From assembly GCA_947259875.1 (NCBI GenBank), contig CAMYNX010000004.1:1-56947 (forward strand): a DNA stretch of 56,947 bases. The letters run 5' to 3'. Below the pieces are notes generated by a model that worked only from the letters and a program-made list of their open reading frames with translations, searched no databases and was not told the origin of the DNA. The stretch's first letter is position 1. The number at the start of each line of letters is the position of its first letter. Positions 38,182-47,192 of the stretch are shown here, one piece after another. Source of the stretch: an uncultured Gammaproteobacteria bacterium (lineage in GTDB: Bacteria; Pseudomonadota; Gammaproteobacteria; Arenicellales; JAANXG01). The position numbers were made by a program, and so were the translations under genes.

Positions 38182-39887
38182 AACGTCTGCCTTAGTTTCT
38201 CTATGCGTTGTAAATCTTCGCGCTCGACCAAGAATAACCGGTCATCTCGTAGCTGCCTGGGTAGACCGGAAAACGCATGGTGACAAAATCGTGAAATGAG
38301 GGTATTCACCTGATGTTGTTGCCGGATTCTGAGCTCGTCCTTGATTGAATTCACGTACTTCCCGACGGCACTCTCGGTTATAAACGAGGTCAACGACAAC
38401 ATCGCTGGTGTCAGCACCAACTCATTGACCCCGATTGCGCCGGTCTTGAAGGCCAGCGCTACACCGGCGGCATCCGCGGTGACGCGGGCTGCGCGCAAGC
38501 TATTTAGGGTTACGGGACTTTGCGCAAGTTTCTCGTATAACGCGCGGGCTGTCACCTCGATCTCCGATTCGAAGTCACGCTGATAGTTGCCGACCGCGTC
38601 GACAAAGTCTGTTCGCGCCGCGCTCGTTCGTTTATCGAAATATTTAGCCATGGCGCGCCACCAGTTGGCATGGTGTCCCTCGGTGCCGGCACCGTCGCCA
38701 ATTGTGCGGCGCAATAATAACAATAAGTGCTCGAAAATCTCGCCCAGGACGTCGAGTTCGACATCGGTTCGCGAGGTCGCTGACTCGGCCTTGCTGGCGA
38801 ACAGCTTCCGAAACGGCCAAGTCAAAAACTGTCTGGCGCTTGCCAGAGGTCTGGCGAGGGCTGGGATCTCGAGTAGTTCCAGAAGCTGCACCATGGCCCT
38901 ATTGAAGGTAGCGTCGTGACGGGAATGCTCTAAATACTGTTTCTGATAGGAGTCAACCGCGTCGCTGACCGCAGCGTCGACAGTCTTCTGCCACTGTGCG
39001 GCTGCATCGTGTTCCAGTCGAACCGGTTGCAGCCATTCCTCCCAGTGCTCATTGAGGAAGGCATTGGCGCCTTCACGGCGCACCGTCGCATCGAGCGGGT
39101 GTAGGGCCTTGCGTACCGCGCTTAGAAAACTTTCTGTAGCCGGGTTATCCAACAACCTGTCGAGACTGCCATCGTCAACGTAGGGTAAGTCGCAGATCGG
39201 CACGCGCTGTGCGTGAAAACGGGATTCGTCGACCCGTCCTTGCAAAGCGACTCGCAGTTGTTGTCGATCCTGGCTCGCTTTGTTCAGACAAATTAGCAGC
39301 GGACGGCGCAGGGGAAACAACAAGTCCAAGATCTTCCACACGGTCCAATCGGAATATTTTTCCTTGCTCACCACGAGGATGATCAGATCGGATAGCGCGG
39401 TGACTTGAGTGATCAAAGTACGATATTCCCGGGACGAGTACGAGTCAAAATCAGGTGTGTCCCACACGGTGTACCCGGTATTCGCTAATGCGTTCATCGG
39501 ATCATCGACAGTACGCAATGACACTAATTCTTTGGGTGTGTGTGAGAAAAACGCATTAACCTTGCGTCGCTGTGTATCGCTAGTACTTACGGCAAATCCC
39601 TGCAACGTGCGCGTAAACCCGGCGAGTGGGCTGGTCGTTGCCGCCGGTGCCCCCAACAGCAGGTTGACGATCGTGCTCTTGCCAGCCTGGGTTGGCCCCA
39701 ACACGGTGATGTGCAACGGAACCGGCCTATGTTCCATGAGGTCTTTAAGTGCGCTGATCGCCAGGTCCAAACAAAACCCGGGTTCGCCGATCTCACCGCC
39801 GGAGTCGCTGACGGTGCGTTGGTATCGCGAGCGAAGGTGTAGCAGAAAGCCGTGTATAGGTTCTACGGCGTCCTTCGAGGGTGACAT
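38178..39887 (-). CDS. Dynamin-like / MMR_HSR1-type GTPase (partner A)
   Basis: 569 aa. P-loop VLGPTQAGKSTIVNLLLG, VWDTPDFDS, LICLNKASQD, a helical stalk-like C-terminal two thirds with an amphipathic/hydrophobic stretch AAGVALAFKTGAIGVNELVLTPAMLSLTSFI. Paralogous to 36625..38181 (shared D[TM]PD[FI]DS and [IV]I.VVS.E[KR]Y.D). Confidence 0.6.
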   Translation of the reverse strand: MSPSKDAVEPIHGFLLHLRSRYQRTVSDSGGEIGEPGFCLDLAISALKDLMEHRPVPLHITVLGPTQAGKSTIVNLLLGAPAATTSPLAGFTRTLQGFAVSTSDTQRRKVNAFFSHTPKELVSLRTVDDPMNALANTGYTVWDTPDFDSYSSREYRTLITQVTALSDLIILVVSKEKYSDWTVWKILDLLFPLRRPLLICLNKASQDRQQLRVALQGRVDESRFHAQRVPICDLPYVDDGSLDRLLDNPATESFLSAVRKALHPLDATVRREGANAFLNEHWEEWLQPVRLEHDAAAQWQKTVDAAVSDAVDSYQKQYLEHSRHDATFNRAMVQLLELLEIPALARPLASARQFLTWPFRKLFASKAESATSRTDVELDVLGEIFEHLLLLLRRTIGDGAGTEGHHANWWRAMAKYFDKRTSAARTDFVDAVGNYQRDFESEIEVTARALYEKLAQSPVTLNSLRAARVTADAAGVALAFKTGAIGVNELVLTPAMLSLTSFITESAVGKYVNSIKDELRIRQQHQVNTLISRFCHHAFSGLPRQLRDDRLFLVEREDLQRIEKLRQTL

Positions 39888-40045
39888 TATCAGTCGACGG
39901 TGGGGGGTTGCCTACTTTATGTGGCCGGCGCTAGCAAAAAATGGGGCCGTAATTCGTGACTCCGCCGCCATTTATTGAAATTGTTTCTCGGGATCGAGCC
40001 GATACGCTTGTTTTTTGGCGTGTTGGTGCATAGGCACGCGCTGGT

Positions 40046-40366
40046 TCAAATCGCCTGTTGGTGAGTGGGTGGATGAAATTTTCGTACCGCGAGCAGATAC
40101 TCTGACTTGGCTACCACACCATCTCCATTGAGGTCGAGCAACTCATAATCTACCGGGAATCCGCCGCCCCCGGTGTGTGCATATTCCTCAGAAGTCAAAA
40201 ATCCATCGTGGTCTAGGTCCATCTGTTCAAATAATCCGGTTGCGAACGACTCCATAGTCCTGGTGTCGAAACCTTGTGCGCGCGCTCCGCTCACAAGCAG
40301 TAGAAGCACCAGGAAAACTATTGAATGTCTCATAACAGTTCCGATTTCGGCCTTGGATGACGGCAT
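40046..40366 (-). CDS. Secreted EF-hand calcium-binding protein
   Basis: Two canonical EF loops, DLDHDGFLTSEEY and DLNGDGVVAKSEY. Signal peptide MRHSIVFLVLLLLVSGARA, so the likely start is ATG 40333. Confidence 0.75.
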   Translation of the reverse strand: MPSSKAEIGTVMRHSIVFLVLLLLVSGARAQGFDTRTMESFATGLFEQMDLDHDGFLTSEEYAHTGGGGFPVDYELLDLNGDGVVAKSEYLLAVRKFHPPTHQQAI

Positions 40367-40482
40367 TATATGCTAGAAACGGCCGATCCATACCCAGCTC
40401 CCGAGTGTCAGGCACAATCCGCGCCGCGCATAACGGATACCAAACCCTGGGTGGTAGGCGATATTCTGCGTTCGGGCGTGAA

Positions 40483-42312
40483 TTAATTCTTAGGTTCACG
40501 GTACGCGCTAAACTCCCTGGCGGTGATGCGCAAAAATGCAATCGGCTTGGAAAATCCCGTCAGCGCTACTGTTTCCCGAACCGGGGAATACCCATCGAGC
40601 ACCGAGGCCACCTCCGGATCGTCGGCGACCTCGGCCGATATAACGATGTCGCCGCCGTGACTTTGGCCCTGAAGCCTGGCGGCCATGTTGACTGCCGAGC
40701 CGTAATAATCGAGTCGGTCGTTCAGGTTCACCGACAGACACCGGCCGGTATGCAGGCCGAGTTTAACAATGATTGGGTCTTTATCCGATGTCTGATTGAA
40801 CCAATGGATGTCGCGCTGAATACGTATCGCGCAATTTAGTGCGTCGGCGGGGTTGAAGAATACCGCCATAACTGCATCCCCGATTTTCTTAACGATGCTG
40901 CCGTCATGCCCATGGATAGCATCGCCGAGTATGTCGAAGTGTTCACGCACCAAGACGTATGCCTGTGCGTCACCAATCTGCTCGTACATCGCCGTCGATC
41001 CCTTGAGGTCAGTGAACAGGAACGAGATCGAATCGATTTCGACATCGTCCCCGGGACGCAAGACATCGTTATTGAACAAGTCGCGGAATGCCTGAAGTGT
41101 GGTAGCGCGATGAGCGGTCAAGGCATCGCGGCGCCAAATGAGTTCCTCGAGGATGAATGTCAACCGCCGGTGGCTGCGGTTGATGAAGGCAACCATGCCC
41201 ACGGTCACCGGCCCTCCGGTGGTGATCGTGTCGCGTTCGGCAATTACTTCCGGAAAGCTTCCCCCAGCATAGGTCACGTTACGTTCGTCGCCGGGTTCCA
41301 GGGTTCGAATCCGGTAGGTTACATTGGGTGTTAGTTGCACTGATTCGGTACGCTGTTCGCCCGCAGCAAGGGATAATTGCGCGAGGATATGCGGTGTGCT
41401 CATGGGGCCCATCAAGCAGTACTCGCGGTGGTCCAACGTGCGGATTGTTGTCGCTGGATGAAACACGAGTTCTATGTTTTGTGAAAAGTTTAGTTTGAAG
41501 TCGATGTTGCAGCTAGCACAATGTGCACCCGCTGGTAAGTCTTTGAGTGCCGCCACGTTGTCCTTGCCGGCTTGACAGCGTGGGCACAACAAGGACCAGC
41601 GCAATCCCAATAGACCCTGCCGTACCGCCTCCAAGCACACCTCGATGGCATGGCGTTCCGGCACATCCCATAATCGTGCCAGCGCCAATGGGCGAATGCT
41701 CGCGACGTCGGCTTTGGGTCTGGTGATTATGTACTCCGCCAGTTTGTGGGCGAGATCATGACCATGCCGTGTTGACTCGATATGTTCCGCAAATTGTGCC
41801 GCCCGTTGTGCCGCTTCTTTTGGCAGCGCCGGTGGCTTGATTTCGAACTCAGTCTCTCTCCATCCTTCGCAATACGCTTCCGCGTCTGCGAACAGCCTAG
41901 TGAATTTTTTGTATATCCGTTTGAAGAAACCGGGACCCAGCAGCAGCCGGCCCAGGAAATTGGCGGGTTCGACTTCGATAGTGTACTCGCCATGGCTGCC
42001 GCCACCGTTGGGGCGCAGTCGAAACGTAGCGCAGAGATAATTAAATGGTCCGTTGCGGAACCTTCCGCAATGACGAAACCATCGATTGGCAACCCAGTTC
42101 TGTGGTTCATCATCCCAGGTCATGGTTAGCGGGCCAAGCTTGGCATGCGCGACGAAGTTAACCGATCCGTCTGGTTGCGGGATCTCTTCGATTTCGTGCC
42201 CCGGGAAACCAGCAGCCTCGTTAAATCGTGCGGTGTCGGCCAATACTGACCAGATGCGATCTACCGGAACCGCAAACTGCCAACCAAAGGTGACACTTCT
42301 CGCTTTCGACAT
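40483..42312 (-). CDS. Class III adenylate/guanylate cyclase with N-terminal SRPBCC-like and Cys-rich middle domains
   Basis: 609 aa. C-terminal cyclase blocks SFLFTDLKGSTAMYE, VKKIGDAVMAVF, LGLHTG, GSAVNMAARL. N-terminal ..FAVPVDRIWSVLADTARFNE.. is SRPBCC-like. Middle CPRC...CASC motif. Confidence 0.8.
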   Translation of the reverse strand: MSKARSVTFGWQFAVPVDRIWSVLADTARFNEAAGFPGHEIEEIPQPDGSVNFVAHAKLGPLTMTWDDEPQNWVANRWFRHCGRFRNGPFNYLCATFRLRPNGGGSHGEYTIEVEPANFLGRLLLGPGFFKRIYKKFTRLFADAEAYCEGWRETEFEIKPPALPKEAAQRAAQFAEHIESTRHGHDLAHKLAEYIITRPKADVASIRPLALARLWDVPERHAIEVCLEAVRQGLLGLRWSLLCPRCQAGKDNVAALKDLPAGAHCASCNIDFKLNFSQNIELVFHPATTIRTLDHREYCLMGPMSTPHILAQLSLAAGEQRTESVQLTPNVTYRIRTLEPGDERNVTYAGGSFPEVIAERDTITTGGPVTVGMVAFINRSHRRLTFILEELIWRRDALTAHRATTLQAFRDLFNNDVLRPGDDVEIDSISFLFTDLKGSTAMYEQIGDAQAYVLVREHFDILGDAIHGHDGSIVKKIGDAVMAVFFNPADALNCAIRIQRDIHWFNQTSDKDPIIVKLGLHTGRCLSVNLNDRLDYYGSAVNMAARLQGQSHGGDIVISAEVADDPEVASVLDGYSPVRETVALTGFSKPIAFLRITAREFSAYREPKN

Positions 42313-42525
42313 GCGTGTTAAATGTGTGGCAAATTACCAGAGACGGAACAACCCCCTCTCTTAACAAGATAATGTATCCGCGTGCAAGCATAATCGGCCG
42401 TTAACGTTACGCCGTAGGCAGGTGTTCACGGTTGCAAGTGCTCTCGAGTCAGCATTCTTCTCTGTCTTGGCAAAATAAATGTGCCGACTGCTAGCCCGCA
42501 TGACGCTGGGTAGGTATAACTAGTG

Positions 42526-42566
42526 AAAAAACGGGGTCAGAGTCACAGACTCTGACCCCGTTTTTT
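42526..42566. terminator. Perfect bidirectional terminator hairpin (module 2 of the repeat family)
   Basis: AAAAAA-CGGGGTCAGAGTC-ACA-GACTCTGACCCCG-TTTTTT: 13-bp perfect stem. It begins 22 nt downstream of the sulfotransferase stop on the minus strand. Confidence 0.8.
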
Positions 42567-42587
42567 CATGTCAGGGCGTAACGAACG

Positions 42588-43484
42588 CTACCACCGATAC
42601 CGCCCGCCGAGGAGTGCAACAAGATCATCATTGGCTTGTTTGAAATACGCTTCAATCCGGTGGCGTGTTTCCGCCGACAGGTCCGTGTAATTGCCCACCT
42701 CCTGCGCCTGGATGTTGTCCGGGTATATCCTTTCAACGCCCAAGAATTCATACACTTCGCCCAGGGTTTTCTTCGGATTCTGGAAGAACTCCTCACTCTT
42801 GATGAACAGGAACTGATCACGGTTGAAATGGCGGTGCCAGTTTTTGATGTGATCTGCGTATCTTCCGCGAAACAGATAGAGCACACTTTGCTCCGATGAC
42901 ATGTCTTCGTTGGAGATAGCCTCCTCAAACGTCGGAAAGTCCTTCCTATTCTCCTGCCGCTTGTTCATGTTGTAAGCGGAGTACGCCCGGTCTATGGGAT
43001 TTCTCAAAAGGGCGATCAACTTGACATCCGGAATATCCTTCTTGATCCTCGGTGGAACATTCTCGTCGAAAAGATAGTAAGGAGATGCTTCGCCGGTAAC
43101 CTGGTGCTTGCTGGACAGCATCAATGGAAAGAAACTTCTGTACCAACCCAGCCCCTTGCCTCGCAACGCGTAGTAATTGTAGTAATGAATCTCCTTTGTC
43201 GCCGAGACTGTGATACCCGGGTGTTGTGACAGATAAAAATACAGTGAAGAGGTCCCCGCTTTCTGCGCACCGATGATGATAAAGTCCGGCATCCGTCGCC
43301 ACCGGCTGGTAAGGTGTCGATAGACACTGGCGATAGCCAAGCGAGACTTTACGACTAAGTGTGTGTGGCGAACCATATCTACGCGCGCGGCTTTGCAGAC
43401 AAGCGGCTGGATGACGAAAGTATATGTTATAAAGCTTGATGCAACATCGCCCGCCCGCGGTTCATGGAACGTATCCCTTAACAC
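42588..43484 (-). CDS. PAPS-dependent sulfotransferase family protein
   Basis: 5'-PSB MPDFIIIGAQKAGTSSL and 3'-PB ALLRNPIDRAYSAY. The functional start is probably the Met of MPDF (43292) or MVRH (43376) rather than 43484. Confidence 0.8.
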   Translation of the reverse strand: MLRDTFHEPRAGDVASSFITYTFVIQPLVCKAARVDMVRHTHLVVKSRLAIASVYRHLTSRWRRMPDFIIIGAQKAGTSSLYFYLSQHPGITVSATKEIHYYNYYALRGKGLGWYRSFFPLMLSSKHQVTGEASPYYLFDENVPPRIKKDIPDVKLIALLRNPIDRAYSAYNMNKRQENRKDFPTFEEAISNEDMSSEQSVLYLFRGRYADHIKNWHRHFNRDQFLFIKSEEFFQNPKKTLGEVYEFLGVERIYPDNIQAQEVGNYTDLSAETRHRIEAYFKQANDDLVALLGGRYRW

Positions 43485-43868
43485 CGAACACCGCGCAATG
43501 TCTTTGACATCAGATCAAGAACCTACACTAACGCGCGCTTTATTGTTCTCGCGCTGCCGCCTTGGTGCAGTATACCGGCTAACGTCTGCAGTACCCGCGT
43601 CGGCTCAATGTGAGCCAGTTTCGCAGTCGTCCGGGCGGTTGTCGGATAGGTCTCGGCATCGATGTTGCCGTTGTACCTACCTTCGTGCCCCACCGATACA
43701 TAACGTTCCATGTGCCTGCATTCCAGTTCCACCAAGCAAGAATCGCTGCGGTAATCCGCACGGCCAACACGAATTTCGGCACTTCGAAAGTTCCCTATGC
43801 AATCAGCGTTGTCGGTTGACCATCAAGCGTCAAAGCGCAACGATACCTCGGTGTGTCATCGCCTTGCG

Positions 43869-45062
43869 TTATTGCCGTTTCTTTCTGAACGGCTTGATGT
43901 TTTCGGTAGTCGGGACGACTTTTTCTTCAATATCAGACGCTGTTGCCGCCTGGGTGCGGTGCCAATATTTAGGTGCCCACTCCTGTAAAGGCAAGCTGCT
44001 GCGTTTGCCCAGCGTGTCGAAATTAGCCGTTAACCAAGCTTCTGACTCGCGACGGCCGATATCCCGAAGCTTGGTCAGGAACGACCACGCGGTATCATAC
44101 TTGGTATGCATGCCGTATCGCTTCATCTCCTCGTTGGCGTGTACGAGATGAAAATAGGTTCGGTGAAACCTGGGATCATCGACCGTGCCGGCTTCGATCA
44201 AGCGCGTGATCTCGGCGATATGACGAATTTCACGCATCAGATTCGAGTTGAAAGTGATCTCGTTTAGGCGTTCGCTAATTTCTTGGGCGGTAACCGGAAC
44301 TTCGTCGCGGTGAGTGGGATTGATCTGCACGATCAAGATATCGTTGGCGTCGCAATCATTGACCAACGGTTCCAACACAGGATTGCCGGTAAACCCGCCA
44401 TCCCAGTAGTACTCACCATCTACTTCCACCGTATGGTGAATTTGTGGCAGGCACGCCGATGCAAGCAAAGCGGCAACGCTGAGTTCCTGGTTGGTAAAGA
44501 TCCGCAGTCGATTGGTGCGTATATTGGTGGCCGAGACGAATAGCTTGAGTTCGGAACAGTGACGCAGGCAATCGAAATCGATGGTGTTGACCAACACATC
44601 TTTCAATGGATTGATATTGAAAGGATTGAGTTGATACGGAGAGGCGAGATGAGACAGCATGTCCAGCCACATGACTGTCGGTGGCCAAGCTGGGCCAGTG
44701 GGATTCAGCGGACCTGAATGGTACGGATTGAATGAACCATAGCTACTCATGGTGCGCCAAAAACTCTCCAGGGCCTCGGCCGCACCTGCGCGTCCGTTTT
44801 TATGATAACCGTCCGCAAGTACCGCCGCGTTGATTGCCCCAGCGCTGGTACCACTGATACCGTCGATCTCGATACGTTCGTCTTCGATTAACCTTTCCAG
44901 TACGCCCCAAGTAAAAGCCCCATGGGCACCGCCACCTTGGAGGGCGAGGGATATCGATTTTGCGGTCACGGTTGTCTCCTTCTGGATGATTGGGTTTGTA
45001 CTTTGATGCCTTGAGCTCGCGCCGTCGTGTCGGTTCATTTCCGACCTAATGAACGAAGGCAA
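43869..45062 (-). CDS. Patatin-like phospholipase
   Basis: 397-aa ORF. Oxyanion LALQGGGAHGAFTWGVLERL, nucleophile GTSAGA, catalytic Asp in YWDGGF. Long C-terminal extension as in the bacterial patatin/DUF3734 type. Confidence 0.85.
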   Translation of the reverse strand: MPSFIRSEMNRHDGASSRHQSTNPIIQKETTVTAKSISLALQGGGAHGAFTWGVLERLIEDERIEIDGISGTSAGAINAAVLADGYHKNGRAGAAEALESFWRTMSSYGSFNPYHSGPLNPTGPAWPPTVMWLDMLSHLASPYQLNPFNINPLKDVLVNTIDFDCLRHCSELKLFVSATNIRTNRLRIFTNQELSVAALLASACLPQIHHTVEVDGEYYWDGGFTGNPVLEPLVNDCDANDILIVQINPTHRDEVPVTAQEISERLNEITFNSNLMREIRHIAEITRLIEAGTVDDPRFHRTYFHLVHANEEMKRYGMHTKYDTAWSFLTKLRDIGRRESEAWLTANFDTLGKRSSLPLQEWAPKYWHRTQAATASDIEEKVVPTTENIKPFRKKRQ

Positions 45063-45264
45063 ACTCTCGATTCGGTGATCACCGCGCCGGTGAGTAGCGA
45101 GGTTGCGCGGCGTGGCCCGCGGTGTAACTTATTAGTTCATGCCGTAGTGCCGGAGTCTTCGCGGCAGATTTTCCAGCGGCAGGGCCGGTTCCGTGTACGC
45201 AAGCGAGGCTCCATAGTACCGCAATGTACCGGTGTTTGATTGTTTGGTTTGATAAAGAGAGTAG

Positions 45265-45996
45265 CTATTTTGTCACCACTATAGACGAATACGCGTCATT
45301 ATCACGATGGTTGAGGCGCGGATCGCTTTTGGTGAAAACCCGTTTGTAACCTTGAAAATCGTGGTGCTCGAAGAGGTGAGCCTTGACATCGCCGACAACC
45401 CGTATTGAGGATACGAGATTGTCGATATCCAACTCGCGGAAATTGGGATGGCCCTCGGAAAAGCAGCGTTCCCATCCCTTATAGTCCCAGTGTTCGTATA
45501 CGCACACGCCAGCAGCGCCTCTGTCAGCACCGCCCTGGCGTTGCCAACGGGGTGAAAGCGGCGCGCCTAGGTCATCCTGACCCCTGCGTCGCCAATAACC
45601 GGCAGCGGGCCCCGGCCGGCGGCGCATTTCATCATCGTCCCAGTACTCATAATTGCGATGGTTTTCCGCGACGAACTGCATAGAAGAGAACTGATCATCG
45701 AGTCTTGGACCCAAACGCTCAACGTCATCTTGCACTAACACGCTGCGACCGCCAAAACCAGCATGCTCATAAAAACGTATGCGTGCGTCGCCGTAAAGCT
45801 TGATCGAGGACACCGCATCATTCAGGCGGATATTATTGAAGTTTAAGACATCTCCATCATGGCAGATGTGATCGCCTTGAAAATCGGGATTCTTGTACAA
45901 GCACACTACCCCCTTAGCCGAAGCCAGCAACGGTATCAGCAACAATGAAGCTGAAAGCAATACACTTAGCTTATTATTTAATGCCATCATGATCAT
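45265..45996 (-). CDS. Secreted beta/gamma-crystallin double-domain protein
   Basis: 243 aa, signal peptide LLLIPLLASA. Two units: VCLYKNPDFQGDHIC...NDAVSSIKLYGDARIRFYEHAGFGGRS and VCVYEHWDYKGWERC...DNLVSSIRVVGDVKAHLFEHHDFQGYK (Greek-key Y/F-x-x-x-x-F/Y-x-G plus S signature). Confidence 0.75.
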   Translation of the reverse strand: MIMMALNNKLSVLLSASLLLIPLLASAKGVVCLYKNPDFQGDHICHDGDVLNFNNIRLNDAVSSIKLYGDARIRFYEHAGFGGRSVLVQDDVERLGPRLDDQFSSMQFVAENHRNYEYWDDDEMRRRPGPAAGYWRRRGQDDLGAPLSPRWQRQGGADRGAAGVCVYEHWDYKGWERCFSEGHPNFRELDIDNLVSSIRVVGDVKAHLFEHHDFQGYKRVFTKSDPRLNHRDNDAYSSIVVTK

Positions 45997-46190
45997 GTCT
46001 CAATCGGTTCGGAGCTACATCGCCATCATACCTGGGCCGCCGAACTTTAAATTTAAAAAATTGAAAAACTTTGTATCGACCAGGTCTCAAAGCGTGGCGG
46101 CGAATATCATCTGCTGGGGTCGGCCCTGTGGAGGCCATATTCGCTCATTGATGGGGTTTACCACTTATACAACGCTCAGGACTACTCTCC

Positions 46191-46284
46191 GGATCCAATG
46201 ACGCAAGGATGGGAAGCGTAAGTTCAGTCGTTGGAGATCGAGCCATGGCGGAGACGCCTTGGTGCAACATACGGCCTAATTACC
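46191..46284 (-). repeat. MITE-like repeat, 94-bp copy (two ends + module 1), inverted relative to the 8748 copy
   Basis: CCTTGGTGCAACATACGGCCTAATTA (46257-46282, 1 mismatch in the 14-mer). The reverse complement of module 1 lies at 46211-46239 (GGGAAGCGTAAGTTCAGTCGTTGGAGATC). The second end is CCAATGACGCAAGGAT at 46195-46210. Confidence 0.65.
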
Positions 46285-46563
46285 TCATCCAAGCTCGAAT
46301 CGGCACCCATACCGCGTATTGTGCACCCCGATTTGTTCGATCCGTACGATCACCCCACTGAATCGCAAGATCGCACCGTTGTGTTCTTCTTCGATCTCGG
46401 CGTCAATTACGGTTCCCAATTCAATATCCTGATCGCTCTCGAGCAGAATCCCGGTGCGACTCATGTCGACGACTACGCCTTTCGCATATCGGTTGTCGTC
46501 GTTCATACGAAAGCGTATCGGGGCACCGATGGTCAGTCGTGGAGCGTCGCGTTTCTCCGTCAT
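46285..46563 (-). CDS. Stand-alone PilZ domain protein (c-di-GMP receptor)
   Basis: 92 aa. RxxxR (KRDAPRL) and D-x-S-x-x-G (VDMSRTG) motifs at the expected spacing. Confidence 0.65.
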   Translation of the reverse strand: MTEKRDAPRLTIGAPIRFRMNDDNRYAKGVVVDMSRTGILLESDQDIELGTVIDAEIEEEHNGAILRFSGVIVRIEQIGVHNTRYGCRFELG

Positions 46564-47131
46564 CGCAATTGCTTGATCGCCGTTAGCGCGTTAAATGTGT
46601 TGCCGGATATTCACGCCACGAATGGCCGATGTCGCCCGCATGCGACGATCCGCCGATTGCTTTCTGGTGATTGGTACACGCAATTTGCGATTGCGTCTTC
46701 CCAAAAACCCCCGAAAACCCTAGGATATTAATTTGGATAGCTGTTTGTGTTAAGTCTAGCAGTCCAGCGGCAAAAACAAGGTCAGATTCATTGCCGTCTC
46801 ATGCCGGTTGACGTTGCGTGCTTTGAATCCCCGGACCGCGCTCACACGAAAAGCCCTGTAATCATGGGGCTGCGGCGGAAAACACAACTTATTACAGACA
46901 TGAACTTGGCGCCACGGAACAACAACAAAGGTCACCCTGAGGCGTCCCGAGCGCAGTTCCCCTGCGGTGCCGGGACAAGGCGGACACAAGCGAAGGGAAG
47001 CATCACAACATGTTGAATTTTCTGCCATTATCCAAGGGGGTGAGGGTCACACCGCGCGCTGAATGGTAGCGCATGTTGACGTCGCCTGTGGGTAGGACAG
47101 CGTTGGGGTCAGATTTAGGATTTATGCCCAG

Positions 47132-47159
47132 ATGACAGGCCGTTTAGCGACGGTATAAT
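47132..47159 (+). promoter_or_regulatory. Putative sigma70 promoter
   Basis: ATGACA (47132-47137), 16 nt spacer, TATAAT (47154-47159), about 34 nt upstream of ATG 47193. Confidence 0.4.
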
Positions 47160-47192
47160 GAATATATTGCAACGGAATAGAGCCTCAAAGCC

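Noticed and set aside
41290-41325. GGTTCGAATCC, the tRNA T-loop consensus
   Set aside because: The flanks do not form a T-stem (CCAGG is not complemented by CGGTA), and there is no acceptor or anticodon arm. It lies in frame inside the well-supported cyclase CDS.
43523-43800. Open frame (..FRSAEIRVGRADYRSDSCLVELECRHMERYVSVGHEGRYNGNIDAE..) between the patatin and sulfotransferase genes
   Set aside because: It has no canonical start before residue 30, no SD and no recognisable domain. It could be a gene remnant, but I cannot support a call.
43363-44151. 262-aa plus-strand ORF
   Set aside because: It is antisense to the patatin CDS, which has clear catalytic motifs. It is Arg/Ser/Cys-rich with no motif, a typical shadow ORF in GC-rich DNA.
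40483-45062. Cyclase plus patatin as a CBASS/Pycsar-like cyclic-nucleotide defence module
   Set aside because: The cyclase is a class III enzyme with a large SRPBCC/Cys-rich N-terminus, not a CD-NTase or a minimal PycC. The patatin shows no recognisable cyclic-nucleotide sensor domain. The two are separated by a sulfotransferase gene, a perfect terminator and spacers of more than 270 nt, so they are not an operon.
18834-46563. About 28 kb in which every credible gene is on the minus strand, considered as one giant operon or island
   Set aside because: Numerous spacers of 100-400 nt, several terminators, inserted repeats and unrelated housekeeping functions (rarA, ybdK, pirin) argue for ordinary co-orientation with replication rather than a single system.
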